Numbered from the stretch's first letter, positions 51,368-64,000 are shown. The stretch is 64,000 nucleotides of DNA from Felis catus (GCF_018350175.1 NC_058368.1:110052001-110116000); one strand, 5' to 3'. Program-made: numbers and translations. Notes: generated from the letters alone by a model not told the origin.

Positions 51368-52081
51368 CATGGGAATTTTTCTTAGCCTGAGAGAAGGACC
51401 TTGATGGAAAACGTGTTTTGATGAAGCACGCATGTCTGTTTGCGGACGTGACCTTACGTGTGACTTTGACGGATGTGTGAGTGGGAACCGCAGAGCACCG
51501 CACAGCACGGCACAGGGGTACTTGTTCACCGCCCCTCCCCGTAAGCGATGGTGGTGAAAAGCAGTGTCCAAGTGGCAAAGTGGGTATGTGTGAGCCACCG
51601 AGCTGAGGGGCTACGGACCCACACTGGATGGTAGCGTGAGGGAGAAGTCTACCCTTAGTGGGTCACTGAGAGTTTGCTCTCACCGCACAACCAAGGCACT
51701 TCTGGGGCCTCGGCCTCCTCCTCATGGACGGAGGAAGAGTTCCCTCCTACTGCCCGAGGACTGCTAGTTCTCATCACCCCCTCCTCCTCCCACTTTGAAT
51801 GGGAGGCAAGAACACAGAGAACTAGCTCTTTGTGAGTCAGTCATTGAATTCAAGATCCAGACTTGTGAGTGAAACAGCGGGGAGAGCGATTCCCGTAACC
51901 CAGGACAACCTCGCGAGCTAAGAGAATGGACACGGTTCACACAGCCTTGAAGAGTCGGAGCGGAGGGGGTTCTGTCCCTTGCCTCACACCAGGGACGATG
52001 CCCAGGGCACCCCGGACAATTACTATTTCAACCGAGTCTAACATTAGAGAAACTGGTTAAGTCGTTAAAAAGTCAAAACTA

Positions 52082-52201
52082 GGGGCGCCTGGGTGGCTCA
52101 GTCTGTTAAGTGTCTGACTCTTGCTTTCGGCTCAGGTCATAATCTCATGGTTCCTGAGTTCGAGCCCCATGACAGGCTCTGTGCTGTTAGCACTTGGGAT
52201 C

Positions 52202-52254
<53 letters not shown>

Positions 52255-52313
52255 CCTCCCCTACTGGTGCTGTCTCTGTCTCTCTCAAAATAAATAAATA
52301 AACTTAAAAAAAT
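52082..52313 (+). mobile_element. Carnivore SINE with long (CT)n
   Basis: ggggcgcctgggtggctcagtctgttaag head. TSD approximately tcaaaactag. Confidence 0.94.
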
Positions 52314-53971
52314 AAATCAAAACTAGTGGGGTGTGCCACTCCCGGTTCACTGAGAAACATGTTACTTTCCAGCCACTTGTTTCAGATACTTGCGGGCACA
52401 CTCCAGGCAGGCGTCCTGGGGACAGTGGACAGGGAAGGGGATGGGGGGAGGAGAGCAGCAGGGAGGGGGAGGCAGGGAGACTGGGGTGTATGCAGTTGGA
52501 TATGCAGTCAGCTTTCCCCACTCTTACCCAGGCTCCTGTTCCCACTAGATGAGGCTGAGGGAGCCCCACATGGGCTGCGCTGACACATTACCCTCTGTCC
52601 CCTTCAAAAATACGACCCTTACTGTTAGTGCAACCACCTCCTCCATCGGAGCAAGCCCAGCCCACCTTGACTTTGCCCTACCCTGGGCTTCCCATGGCCC
52701 CCAGTCACAGCCTCTCTTGTGGCCCGCGTCCTATATTCCTTCCTAATCAGCCCTGGATTCCAGGTCCTGCAGGCTCCTAGTTTGGCTCAGCAGACACCAT
52801 GGGGAAGGGAAAAAGAGCCACCTTCTTCTGGACCGTGGACGAGGCTTGACCGATACAGCTCCTCCTGCCAAAATTCTCCTGGGTCCTCAGATTCCCAGAC
52901 TTGCCTTTTGGCTCTGAGGTACCCTGGGAAAAACCCCACCTGCAGAGGGGTGGGAAGCAGAGAGGACATGTCCTTTCTTGGGATGGATACTTGTCAAAAG
53001 CAAACCTTGGTCCCTTTAAATGACAAGCCAGTGCCCACTTCCCTGGAAGGAGCTTTTCTGCAATTAACTTAAGTCATGTACCTGCCTGTCTGAATGACCA
53101 GCGCCTGGAGGCTCTGGGAGGAGACTAGACATCACATCCCTTGGCGGGGACACCTCAAACATTTGCTCTGTTAATTGGCCCTCTGCCTTATTAGGAGGCA
53201 GGTCTCCTGCTGGAGTCTCTGTTACCAATTTCCAGGAGGAACCACACGTGTCCTGTTCTCTCTCCCCCACGCTCCAGTCAGCCAAGGCTGCTGATCAAAT
53301 ACTCCGATTCCTGTCTCTCTGAACCGCTGGAAGCGTGCAGCTCCCAGACAAAGGTTTCCTAGGAACGGAGCTGCCTTAGGATCTAATCAGCAGCCTCTGT
53401 GCCCTGCCACAATCTCCTGCCATTTGTGTATCTTTCTTGTGTCCTGAGTAATCTCATGTCTTGGTTCTGCTTTGATCTTTTCCCCCTCCAGTTTGCATCT
53501 TCTATCATTTGAGTGTTTAAGTATAATTTTAAGCAGTTACTGTTTAAACTATTAGGCTTGAGGAAGAAAACAACTTTACTGGAAAACAGCCATTGGCAGA
53601 AAGCCACCTCTAAGGCTGCTGGCTGAGGCGGGTGGGGGTTTCTGGGGTCAGGAGTTGCTCCTCCCACCCTCCTGTGTAACTCCTGGGTGCTAGGTGGGGG
53701 ATCGGGTTTGGTGGTTTGCAATTCAGGGCAGGCAGGGGTGATGATGTCAAGAGCCCCCCTCCCCCCACATACAGCCCAGGGACACAGACTGAAAGAACCC
53801 CAGTGTGAAGGATGCACACCTCCATCCAACTGGACATCCAAGCACTTCCCTTCTGGGTCAGCATCCTGCCCTCTAGATGGGGTAGGAGTGGGAGCCCCCT
53901 GACAAAGCGGAGTTAGACGGGGCCTTGCCGAGGACTAAGCAAGGCATTCAGAGCAATCCTGGGGTAAGGAG

Positions 53972-54375
53972 GTGTCAACCTGCTAGGCCGCCAGTGCCTA
54001 GATATGTGCTCAAATATTATTTTGGGTGTTTTATGTGATAGTGTTTTAGATGCAATTAACATCTAAGTGGGTGGACTCTGAATAAAGCAGACTGCCTTCC
54101 AGGATATGGGTGGGCCTCATCTGGGCAGTTTCAGGTCTGAATAGAGCAAAAAAACCAATCCTCCCTCAACTAAGAATTCTCCAGTAGATGGTCTCCAGAC
54201 TCAAACAGGAACATTGGTCCCTTCTGGGTCTCCAGCCTGCTGGCCTACCTGCAGATTTACGACTTCCTAGCCAACATTAGCACGTGAACCAATCCTTATA
54301 ATAAATCTCCTTACACAGAATACACACCCCCTTCCCCTACTGGTTCTGCTTTTCTGGAGAACCCTTACTCATACA
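53972..54375 (+). mobile_element. ERVL solo LTR (MLT2-like)
   Basis: gtgtcaacctgctaggc, gactctgaataaagcagactgcc, gggtgggcctcatc, ctgggtctccagcctgc, aataaatctc and ctggttctgcttttctggagaaccct...ataca. Confidence 0.85.
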
Positions 54376-54559
54376 GCAGGGGTAGGAGGCAGGGCTGAAT
54401 TGCCAAACCAAAGTATTTGAAAACCTCTTTAGGTAGGAATGTCTGGGGTCTAGAGGTATAGGCTCTTTAGACAAAGCTAACTCCTCTCTAACAGATGTCC
54501 CACAGAGCCTCGGACCCTCACCTCTAAAATCGAGGGCAAATCCTAACTTTTCCCACCAA

Positions 54560-55272
54560 GCTCTAGACTCTCATTCCTGGGTCTCCACCTCAGTGAGAAA
54601 GGCACCCATATCCATCCAGACCAGGAGCCTGGACATCCCCTGACCCCAATCTCCTCCCTTTCCTCCTTCCCAGTCAGTCCCTTATCCTGTCAAATTTACT
54701 CTTCCCGAATAGTTCTTAACTTTGTCCACTCCCCTAGTTCTGGCTTCCATATCTCTCTGCTGAATGCCTGGAACACCTCCTTGTTAGGCTCCCTGACTCC
54801 AGGGTTACACCACCACTAGCCACTCCCATGCTGGCGACACTGTGTGATCTTTGTAAAGACCAGCCAGACTGTTGCAAACCCTAGAGTCCTGCCCACAGGA
54901 CAGAGCCTGTGCTCCATAACCTAACCCTAACCCTGCCTCAAGCTCCATGTTGGGCAAAGCAGTTGTTGGCTTGGGCTCCCCATTTTGGATTCATACCCTA
55001 ACCCTTGGCCCAGAAGGCCCTTCCCCTTACTCTTTGCCTAACCCATTCTACTTATCATTTAATACTCAGCCAGGATGGTGCCTCCCCCAGGAGGCCTCCC
55101 TGGTTCCTTCTGTAATGGACTCATCACCCTGGTTTACATGCTCCCTCTCCTTACAAGCTCTTTATGAGCTTCCCAAGGGTAGGGACCACATCACACTCTT
55201 CTTGAATCCCCAGCCCCTGAAATAAGACTGGCACACAGTAGGTGCTCAGTGGTATTTCTCAAATAAATGAAA
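54560..55272 (+). mobile_element. LINE-2 3' fragment
   Basis: Pyrimidine-rich L2-like body ending ctggcacacagtaggtgctcagt...aaataaatgaa. Confidence 0.7.
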
Positions 55273-56019
55273 AGCTCTGTTAAAACTGGCCAAGTTATGA
55301 ATAGCCCAGACATAAGAATCCCAGGTTTTTCTAACAAATCCTGAAACATAACCCTAATGCACAAAATGCTGACGACAGGACCTCCACTTTACTTGCCCTG
55401 GGAATGTGAACAAACAGGTAGAGGGTATCAGGACATACCTTGGTGTTGGCTCATGGGTTCCTGACTGAGAGGCCCTGTCCCCGATCATACCAGTCTGAGC
55501 CCTTTCTCTAGGGCTCCCCTTTTGGGCTGCCCCACAGGCTCCCAGACCCCCCAGAACCCAACAGGTCATGGGGTGAGACTATCTGTCCCCTGGCTCCTCT
55601 GAGGTGAGCCACACACAGTTCCCAGCCAAGCCCGACCAACACGGAGACCAGGTGCTGCTTACTGTGAGGTCTCTCGCCTTTTTTACTTAGAAGGCGTGGC
55701 ATAGAATGAGCAAAGGCAACAAAAGAACAAAGGTTTCCAGAAAACATCACCATTCTTTTGTTGAGGCAAGAGTGGCCAAAAGCAAGGTGACCATCAGCTG
55801 CACGTACAAAAAAGTTGCCTTCATAAAAGAAATGTGAACACAGACACAATCTGCCAGGTTGCTGAACAACAATCATGGAGCGCTCTCACAATCAGATGAT
55901 TTCCAAGGCTTGCTTTCGTCTATTAATTACACAAATCATGATACACACGAGAGATGTAACAGAGCAGGAGAAGCAAAGAGCACATGTTAAATAAGGCAGG
56001 CGTGAATGTGAGTGACAGC

Positions 56020-56183
56020 TCTCCCCTTCTTGTTCCTGGGCAAGTCGCTAAACCTCTCTGATCTTGGTGTCCACCTCTGCCATGGTGGGATAATAAAAGT
56101 CCTTGTTCTGAAAGGCCGCCATACGACTGAATGGGATCCAGTGTATACAGTACCCAGCACTGGGCCTGGCAGGTAGCATGGGC
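56020..56183 (+). mobile_element. MIR fragment
   Basis: cctgggcaagtcgctaaacctctctg...tgggataataa...cagcactgggcctggcaggtag. Confidence 0.65.
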
Positions 56184-56396
56184 TTTTTTTTTTTTTTTTT
56201 TTTTAGTGTTTATTTCTGAGAGGCAGAGAGAGACAGAGCACGAGCAGGGGAGGGGCAGAGAAAGGGAGACACGGAATCCGAAGCAGGCTGTGAGCTGTGA
56301 GCACAGAGCCCGAAGTGGGATTCGAACTCACAAACTGCGAGATCATGACCTGAGCTGAAGTGGGACGCTTAACTGACTGAGCCACCCAGGTGCCTC
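56184..56396 (-). mobile_element. Felid SINE (antisense)
   Basis: polyT...gacgcttaactgactgagccacccaggtgcctc. Confidence 0.93.
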
Positions 56397-58249
56397 TAGC
56401 ACGGGTGTTTAACATTACCCTATTCTCTGTTCCCATCTGATCTCTGGTCTCTGAAAAAGGGTGACATGCGGAACATCACAATAAACGCTGCAAATACTGA
56501 ATTATAATTGTAGCCAACTGAGTCCCTGTGAAGCTATACCCAAAGGAAGCCTGGAGGTGCCCCTGCGTGGGGGTTATTTTTTCCCCAACCTTCTAGACAG
56601 ACTCGTTCAAGGGTGCGTCTTGCTTCCTGTTAACTGTTTCTCTAAATTAGTGTGTGCTCTCCTGCTGGCATTTCTCATAGGAGAGAAACCCCATTTCCCT
56701 GCAGTGGGCCTTGTCCGCCTTTTCTAGAGATCCCTCTCTTCATTAGGTCTTCCTGAAACCCACAAAGGTTTTGCCCTGAGATCCACAAGACTTTTTAAAA
56801 TGGAACGTTTGTTCCTTTAAAATTGTGAGGAGTGTTTCTTGAGACAAGCCTGGCGTGTAAATAAGGTCTTTGTGCAGCTAAAATGCGGCAGGGGATGGGG
56901 TGGGGACACTAGTAAGAAGGAACAGAAATGGAGGTAGAGACACAGAATGGAGCAATCAGGAAGCATGGCAGGTTGCCTGTCCCCGCCTGTCCCTCGGCGG
57001 GGAGTGGGCACTCCCTTTGTGGGGCGGTCACCTCCCACATCCACATGGTGCCGGTCACTGGGGTTTACAGACTGAATGTGTGTGAATATGATTCACTTCA
57101 TTAAAAGGACTGGCCGTGACAGTCTTTGATGTCTGTGGGAAAGCGACATTCTATCCTTTTCCTTTTAGGGGAAGATCACTTTTACACACGCATTGTCTGG
57201 TAGTCGCATGTGGCGAGTGTGAGGAGAGGAGGAAGGAGTGCAGCCGCTAACAGTGAAGCTGCACTAAGTCTTTCCACCTGCTGCTGCCCTCCCCCACACC
57301 TTGTTGGCCGAGTCTCGAGCATACTGTCAACTTCACATCAAGCCCTCTGCCCCCCAGAGAGGCCCTTCCACCTGCGGGAGGGGCCGCTGGCTCACAGTGA
57401 CAGAGGAAGGCAGGTCACAGGTCTCATTTAGCAGCTCGGTAACTGGGCAAGTTATTTGGCCTCTCTTTGCCCCTGAGTGAAACGCCAACTGAGAGAATTA
57501 CAGGAGTTAATGCCCATAAAGCATCTGGTATGGGCTAGGAGACTGGCAGGCACTTAATGAATGGTGGCCACCATAATCGTGAGCCCACCCTGATTGCCTC
57601 TCCCTTGCTCCTGTGCATGGCTACATCATGGAAGCCCCGCCTGTCTTAGGGGTCCAATGTCTACTTCTACCTACCAACAGGCAGACCTTTTGCTTTCTTG
57701 GCCTTTTTCTGTCCATGTGGCTCAGCTCTTATCCAGTCCTTGCTTGTCAAGCAACCACATATTTCCATTAGGACCTCAGAATCAACAGTCCAGGCCACAT
57801 CACTGGCACAGTGACATGTGCCATTAGTAAGAGCATCACTGTTCGAGGAGGACACCCTATAACATGTTGGAGTTTTCTTCTATTCCAGTTACAAACCCAA
57901 GAAAGCTTCCTGGAAGCGGGGGGCACACTTCACCCACCATGATGAAGGCACGGGAGGCCCAATCTTAGGGTAGGTCACCTCACTCAAGGCTGATCCTACC
58001 CACAGTCTCTGGACAAAATAGCAAAGGCAGAGGAGCAAAGGCTCCCAGGTGTGGCTGGCAACAACCTGGGACACTTGTTTGGGGACAGCACTGGGTTCGT
58101 TCCAGGCAAGAAGGATGGAGTTAATGGAAAATTTCCTAGTTGAGCTGATGTATGCTTTTTAACACACTAAGGCAAGAATTATGCAGGATCTGTTGAAGTC
58201 TCCACAAGGGAGTCAAAGAAATTAGCTGCATTTAACTTCTTTTCTCTTT

Positions 58250-59250
58250 GCCATTTTGGGTAACCATGTTTGAAACAACCATTTAGACAACTTTTCATGT
58301 GAGGAGTCCCTAGCTCACCTCTAGGCTGTGAGTACCATGACTTTCCTCTTTCCCAAATTTGATTTGTCCCTAGATTATTGGGGATTCATCTTTCAGTATG
58401 TTTTTTTCCAGCCAAGAATACATGGGTGGTATGTTATCTGAGCCTCTGCCCATCAGAGAATCCTTTCTGTTCTTTCCACACAGAGATCATTATTTGAAGA
58501 GTGTAAAATTATCACCTCATAACTCTACAGATGTTCTCCATTGCCTTCTTGCTTCTTAATGTTGTAGAAAAGCCTAAGACCAGTTGGTTTTCTTTTTTCA
58601 TTTATAGAAGACCAGCTTTTTCTCTCTGCCGGATCACTTCAAATATCTTTGAAAAATTTTTTGAAATCCTGAAATTTTAGCAGTTTCATTTGGGCTTATT
58701 TTAGGAATCTTTTGGCTCAGGGCAATTTAAAAAACAATCTTTCCTCACTTACTGTGTCCCTTTGATTTGCTCTGGGGTCTTTAAGATGACCGATGACCAA
58801 GAGCTAAACTTTTATCCCTGCCCTACCTATCTATCATCTTTTCTCACATTATTATTATTATTATTCTTTATTTTTTTCTTTCCTTTTTCTATGCATTCTG
58901 AGAGAGGTTTTCAAGTTTGTGCTCTCCCTGTGGGGAACAACTGTTTGATTTCTGCATTGTTAATCCTCCCCTTCACTGCATGAAACATAGGGGCGCTTCA
59001 GCTCCAGCATTCCAGATGCCATATAGTCTTTCCTTACCTCCTCCAGCTTCCATTTCATTTTTGGCTGTGGCTCAGCCAATTTATAATCCCATTTTTCATC
59101 CCATTTCAGAGTTCATGTTTTCTTGAATTGAGAGAACACAGTTGCTGTCTCCTGGGCTTTTGTTTTGTTTTGTTTTTTGTAATAATTTCCCTTTCCTTGC
59201 ATCCTGAGAGAGCTATTCCTCTCCTGTGTTCTCTTTCGTTCTTGTTCAGG
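58250..59250 (-). mobile_element. Decayed antisense L1M/HAL1-like fragment
   Basis: T-rich tract with motifs similar to those at 10.6 kb (tctgagcc...gagaatcctt; ctccattgccttcttgcttct...gaaaagcc). Confidence 0.45.
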
Positions 59251-59955
59251 CAGGTCTGTCCAGCTTCACCTCCCTTCCCTCTTGCCTCAGCTTTGGAAAG
59301 ACTGCCCAGGTTGTTCACGGTTATTGCTGTAAAGTGTCGGCACTGGGGGACTGGGGGCTGGTCACCACTTCCCTGTAACCAGCACTTGTGGCTAAACAGT
59401 TGAGAGAGAGACTCCCTTGAAAGTCTGGAGTTTTGAGTGGAAAGGACAACTAACAAACTCTGCATGTAACTGGGACGATGTGTTGCTCATCCTTCTGGCT
59501 ACTGTGCCTGCTGCTGCCCTGTGTCCTGGCATGTCCCCTTTCAATTATTTTCCTCACTCTGGTGTATTCCTCCTTCTACAGCTTTGAACAGACCTCTTCC
59601 TCACATCCCGTTTTCCTGATCACCACCCCCATCAGGAAAGATTCAGCTACCAGACACACCATACCTTCCCCCATGTGCCTCTCATTTAGGCTTCCTGAAA
59701 TCCCTGGATAGGCTCGGAAGGGGACAGGCTAGGCTACAAGGGTGCACACAGAACTGGGTATAAGTGAAGTGCTTTGTAAAACCCCACGAAAAAGACCTCG
59801 GTTTGTTATATTTCAATGGAAACATGAATCACTGGGTGAGCCACATAGCACGGTCAGCAGAATGAGTGGGCAGGCTTGGGCTCACAGAGGCACTTGCTGG
59901 ACCACTGGGGACCAGGTCTGCTGGTCACACCTCTGCAATCAAAATGGGTGGGAAT

Positions 59956-60173
59956 GGGGTGCCTGGGTGGCTCAGTTGGTGGAGCGTCCGACTGCAGCTT
60001 AGATCATGACCTCATGGTTTGTGGGTTTGAGCCCCACATCAGGCTCTGTGCTGACAGCTCAGAGCCTGGAGCCTGCTTCGGATTCTGTGTCTCCCTGTCT
60101 CTTGGCCTCTCCACCACTCATGCTCTGTATCTCTCTCTTTCTCAAAAATAAATAAGCACTAAATTAATTTTTA
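59956..60173 (+). mobile_element. Felid SINE
   Basis: Full structure. Perfect 14-bp TSD AAAATGGGTGGGAA at 59941-59954 and 60174-60187. Confidence 0.95.
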
Positions 60174-62319
60174 AAAATGGGTGGGAACGGACTAAAAGAC
60201 AAGCAGTAGAGGAGGAAACAGAAGTTCCCTAAGGAAGACAAGTAGACAGATGTGCCTCCCAGGTCACTGGATGCACCCCTCCTTCAGCTACAAAGAGAAA
60301 GGCACCGTTCTGACCCCCGGCTTCTAATAAGTGGGCAGAGTTCATTGTGTCTGGTGATTTTAATTTCCCGCAAGCAAAGCAATTTTACTAGTTTCATTTA
60401 GAGAAGCTTTTCCAAAGTAGTTTCATTGTGATTACCTTCATTAATGAGCGATCAAAATGCTTCAAAGCAGAAGAGAACACGAGAAGAAGAGAGGCACAGG
60501 ACAGGACTTACCAGGACAAAGTGCTCAAACGCTATCATTGCGAAGCTCTGTCTTCCTTCACTAGCTACCCTCATTAGTGTTCTAGACACGGCTCTCCCAT
60601 GACATCTGGCAAAGGGCTGGGCACCAGTCCACCTGCGATAGGAACCATGGGTGGCTCCCCAGCCCCAGGATGTGGCAGAGGGCTGGGCCTCAGCTTTCTG
60701 TAGCTACATCCCTTGGCTCTCCTGGCTGAGGACTCAACTCCACCGGAGTGTTGGGTCATTGGTGTGGGCATGCATTCAGTGACGTGATTCCCATTCTCTC
60801 GCTTGGGGACCTCTAAGCAGTTGCATTCATGCACACACTCTGTGCTGATGGAGATCAGCAGTCACCTACCTCTTCCTGGGTCACTGTGTGCACCTGCCCC
60901 CCAACCCCTTGATTTATTTCAGTTAATGTGATACAATGGTAAATGCTCTTCCCTCACTGTGGAGAAAAAAAATGGTCCGATCTGGGCCAATGCCCCCCTC
61001 TTCAGAAGAGCAGGCAGAGAGGCTGGACGTGCATGACAGCTGCAGGGGCTAGGGGGGAGGCAGGGAAGGTTGAGAACTGAGAGGGACTGACCCCAGGCCT
61101 CTGCTCAACTCCTACACCATCCTCCCCAGCACTGGCTCCCTCAGCAACTTCCATCATCGGGCAAGAGAAGAACCTGAAAGGGATTCCACATGCACAGAAC
61201 AGCACATAAGCCCTTCCCTTCAGCCTGTTAGTAAGCAGAAAACACTTGCAGCCGGGGGGCCCAGAGTCAACATATTTGAGTTGTGGCTGGTGTGACAGCT
61301 GCTGAGTTTGTCACACAGATAATTAGATAAACTGCTTGAGCACAGAGATTCAATATGCAGTGTCATTTAGCGGCTGCTACACAGGGTCTTGATCTTAATT
61401 GAAGGCGCAATAGGCGAGACCCTTAAAGAAGTCCCAAATCAACTTCTTCTTGCTCCAGTAATTAAACATTTGACTCCTGATCATCATCCAGAGCCTCCCC
61501 AGTGTTGGCCATGGGCTCCATTACGTGGTTCTAAGCAGCTAGAGAGCCAAAGGCACCTCTTCTCTCTATGCAAGGCCTTCCCCAAGCAGCCTGCTGGAGA
61601 GAAGCTTGGGGGAACAGGAGGTTCCATGTCACCCCCTCCTCTGCCTCCTTCTGTGCCCTTCTCTCCTTGTGTTCCTTCAACACCCTTGATGCTCCACCCC
61701 CCACCACAGAGAATCCAACCTGTCTTTGGGCATGTAAATAAATCCAGCTTTTCCTTTGCTGGGACCCTCTGATGCATACGGCACAGAAGGCCTCTAATGG
61801 GGCTTCCCATTCTCTCACTTGGGGACCTCTAAGGGATTGCATATATCCTATTTGACACATAATCATCAATTTGTGTGTTCATCCAAAAAAAAAAAAAAAT
61901 GAATGGAACATCTCCAAGTGCTAGGGCTAAAAGTATAAATCATATTTCCTCACTCATAAGGATACTCAGTAGAGTGGGAAGATGGGCAGGCTGACAAGAA
62001 GTTACAAGAGAGGGAGGCCTCTACTCTTGGAAGAAGTTCTGATGGCACCTTGGTCAGCTTGGGGCTCACAGGAAATCCCCAGGCCCCGTGGGTTTAACTC
62101 AGGTAAAGAAGGAACTTGGAGATGTTTGGCAGCCCCTGGGCAGGTTGCCTCTTCCAGCCACAGCACAAACCACACAGCTTTCCAGGGTGGTGGTGAACAG
62201 GACGGTGCCCTCCAGGCCACCCACTAATGGATATGGCAAAATAATGAGAAAAGAAACAGAGAACAGCGGTTAAGAGCTTAGGCTTCCAATGGCCAATGAG
62301 GCTCCTTCGACTTCTGCTT

Positions 62320-62706
62320 AGATCTCTCTTGCCTTCCTCACTCTGCTCCAGTTACCCTGGCCTCCCTGTTGATCCCCAAATATGCTGGGTGAGCTCTTGC
62401 CTCAGGATCTTTGCACTGGCCACCTCTTCCCCCAGATTTTCAAACAGCTCACTCCCTAACCTCTCAATTTCCTTCAGGGATCTGCTCAGATGTCTCTTCT
62501 CATATTAGAAGCTCTCACCAATCCCTGTGCATGCTTTATTCTCCTCCAGAGCACTTGTTATGGCTTGAAACTCTTCATCTCTTAGGACAAGAGACCACTT
62601 GTGCCATCAGGGCAGGAATCATGTGCATTTTGTGCACTACTGTATCCCCAGTGCCTGGAATACACCTGACTCACAAGGGGTGTATGTTTGCTAAATGAAT
62701 GGATGG
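62320..62706 (+). mobile_element. LINE-2 3' end
   Basis: ctcactctgctccag...ctggcctcc, ctcaggatctttgcactggc, ctgtatccccagtgcctggaa and tgtttgctaaatgaatggatgg. Confidence 0.75.
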
Positions 62707-62916
62707 AAAGGTGAAGGTAGGGGAGGGCCATGGTCAAAGTCACCTCTTGGAAACCTCACTTTTAAAGCCATATAGAAGGTGGGCAAGAAGAAGGAGGTGG
62801 CTAGGAGCTGGGAGAACAGCTAGGGGATCCCAGAGGTTGTGCAGGTGGGGATAGGTATGTGTGGCAGCAGAAGAGGTAGAGACTAAGGGGCAGAGCTAAG
62901 AAATTATAGAGAAGTT

Positions 62917-63113
62917 GGGGTACCTGCATGGCTCAGTCGGTTAAACACCTGACTCTTGATCTCAGCTCGGGTCACGATCTCGCAGTTTGTGGGATTAAGC
63001 CCCACGTCAGGCTCTGTGATGATAGTGTGGAGCCTGGTTGGGATTCTTTCTCTGCCTCTCTCTCTGCCCCTCCCCCACTCCCTCTCGCTCAAAATAAATA
63101 AACAACATAAAAA
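62917..63113 (+). mobile_element. Carnivore SINE
   Basis: Head, CT tract and polyA. TSD AGAAATTATA(G/A)AGAAGT. Confidence 0.93.
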
Positions 63114-64000
63114 GAGAAATTATAAAGAAGTAAGCTTGGTAGGGTTTTATGGTGTGGGGATTCAGCTGCAAGGAGGCAGCAGTCTCTTGGGGTCCAGTCC
63201 CCTGGAAAGTGAAGAGGTTGTTGCTATCACTGAGAGAGATGCTCTGTGAGGAATGGGAATGTCAGGGACGGAGGGAGCAGAGAGGGGTGGGGAGTTCATT
63301 CAGGACGCACTGAACTGGAGGTGAAATGTGGAGGAGAGGTCAGGGGTGAAGATACAGCTGGGTCTTACTGGCATGGGAGGCATGGCAAGAACAGTGAGGG
63401 GGTGAAAAGGAAAGAGGAGAGCACTGAGGGGGGCGCAGAGAGAACCCACATGTGGAAAGCTAGTGTGGGGGGCAGGAGCCTGCTGGGAATGGCAGGAGCA
63501 AGAGTTGGGGCCACCTGAACACTGATGCCACTGCGGGACGGACGCAGTAAGAGCAGGCCTGGAAAGTGCCATCTGGACGTGGCGTCTAGGACATGCTGAT
63601 CTTAATGGGGATGGGAGTCGGTGTGGACCCTGCCGGGCACAGTGTGGGGGAGCTGGGGGAGTGGAGGCACCCACCCAGTGAGGGGAGCATCTTGGGTGAG
63701 TGGGAGAGAAGGGAGGAGGGGAACATGAACTGGTGCCTAGAGGGAGGCCAGGATAGGAGGAGACACCCAGAGCTGGCCGAGGTGACCGAGGAGGGGTTGG
63801 ACATATGAGGGCGGGGTGTCAGGAAAGGGCAGGAAACAGTGCGAGGGCCTCAGAGGCTGCGGCTTGTTTCCATAAGCGAAATCCACGCGGTGCGAGACTT
63901 TCTCAGCTCAGTAACTTATTAGCAATTTTTAATTACTGGAATGTAATTAATTCATCGAAAGCACAGCGGTTCTGTGAAGCACACAGCACATGCTGCACTG

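Noticed and set aside
54917..54934. Interstitial telomeric repeat (TAACCTAACCCTAACCCT)
   Set aside because: Only about two hexamer units inside an L2 relic, which is compatible with chance.
1..64000. Host protein-coding genes among the six-frame ORFs
   Set aside because: All ORFs are short (171 aa or less), overlap on both strands and often use non-ATG starts. None resembles a protein I recognise except L1 ORF2 remnants, and I could not assemble a phase-consistent exon chain.
1..64000. CRISPR array, operon, defence or other prokaryotic-type system
   Set aside because: The sequence is mammalian, and there are no regularly spaced repeat-spacer units or gene-dense organisation.
1..64000. Assignment to a specific developmental gene locus
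   Set aside because: The motif clusters are suggestive, but no exon or unique landmark identifies the locus. Genome alignment is needed.

Overview
This 64 kb window is mammalian nuclear DNA. It is almost certainly from a felid, because it carries about 24 tRNA-derived carnivore SINEs, two of them young SINEC_Fc-type copies with perfect target-site duplications (TSDs). It looks intergenic or deep-intronic. I found no recognisable host protein-coding exon, rRNA or tRNA gene, CRISPR array or prokaryotic system. The ORF track reflects chance, microsatellites, SINEs and decayed L1 ORF2. The repeat content includes a near-full-length ancient L1 (about 42.2-48.8 kb) nested inside an older L1, L2 and MIR relics, MaLR/ERVL solo LTRs, a MER20-like hAT DNA transposon and microsatellites. 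The unique sequence holds a near-consensus CTCF site, several clusters of homeodomain, T-box, MEIS and GATA motifs that resemble developmental enhancers, and splice/polyA signals compatible with an unconfirmed minus-strand lncRNA. The least explained signals are three short near-perfect dispersed duplications of 23-30 bp, 0.4-1 kb apart. One is inverted and abuts a (GT)n(TA)n tract; the other two are direct and each brackets a motif-dense block. I cannot support a claim of a new biological system. Repeat subfamily names and boundaries were assigned by eye and need confirmation with RepeatMasker/Dfam.
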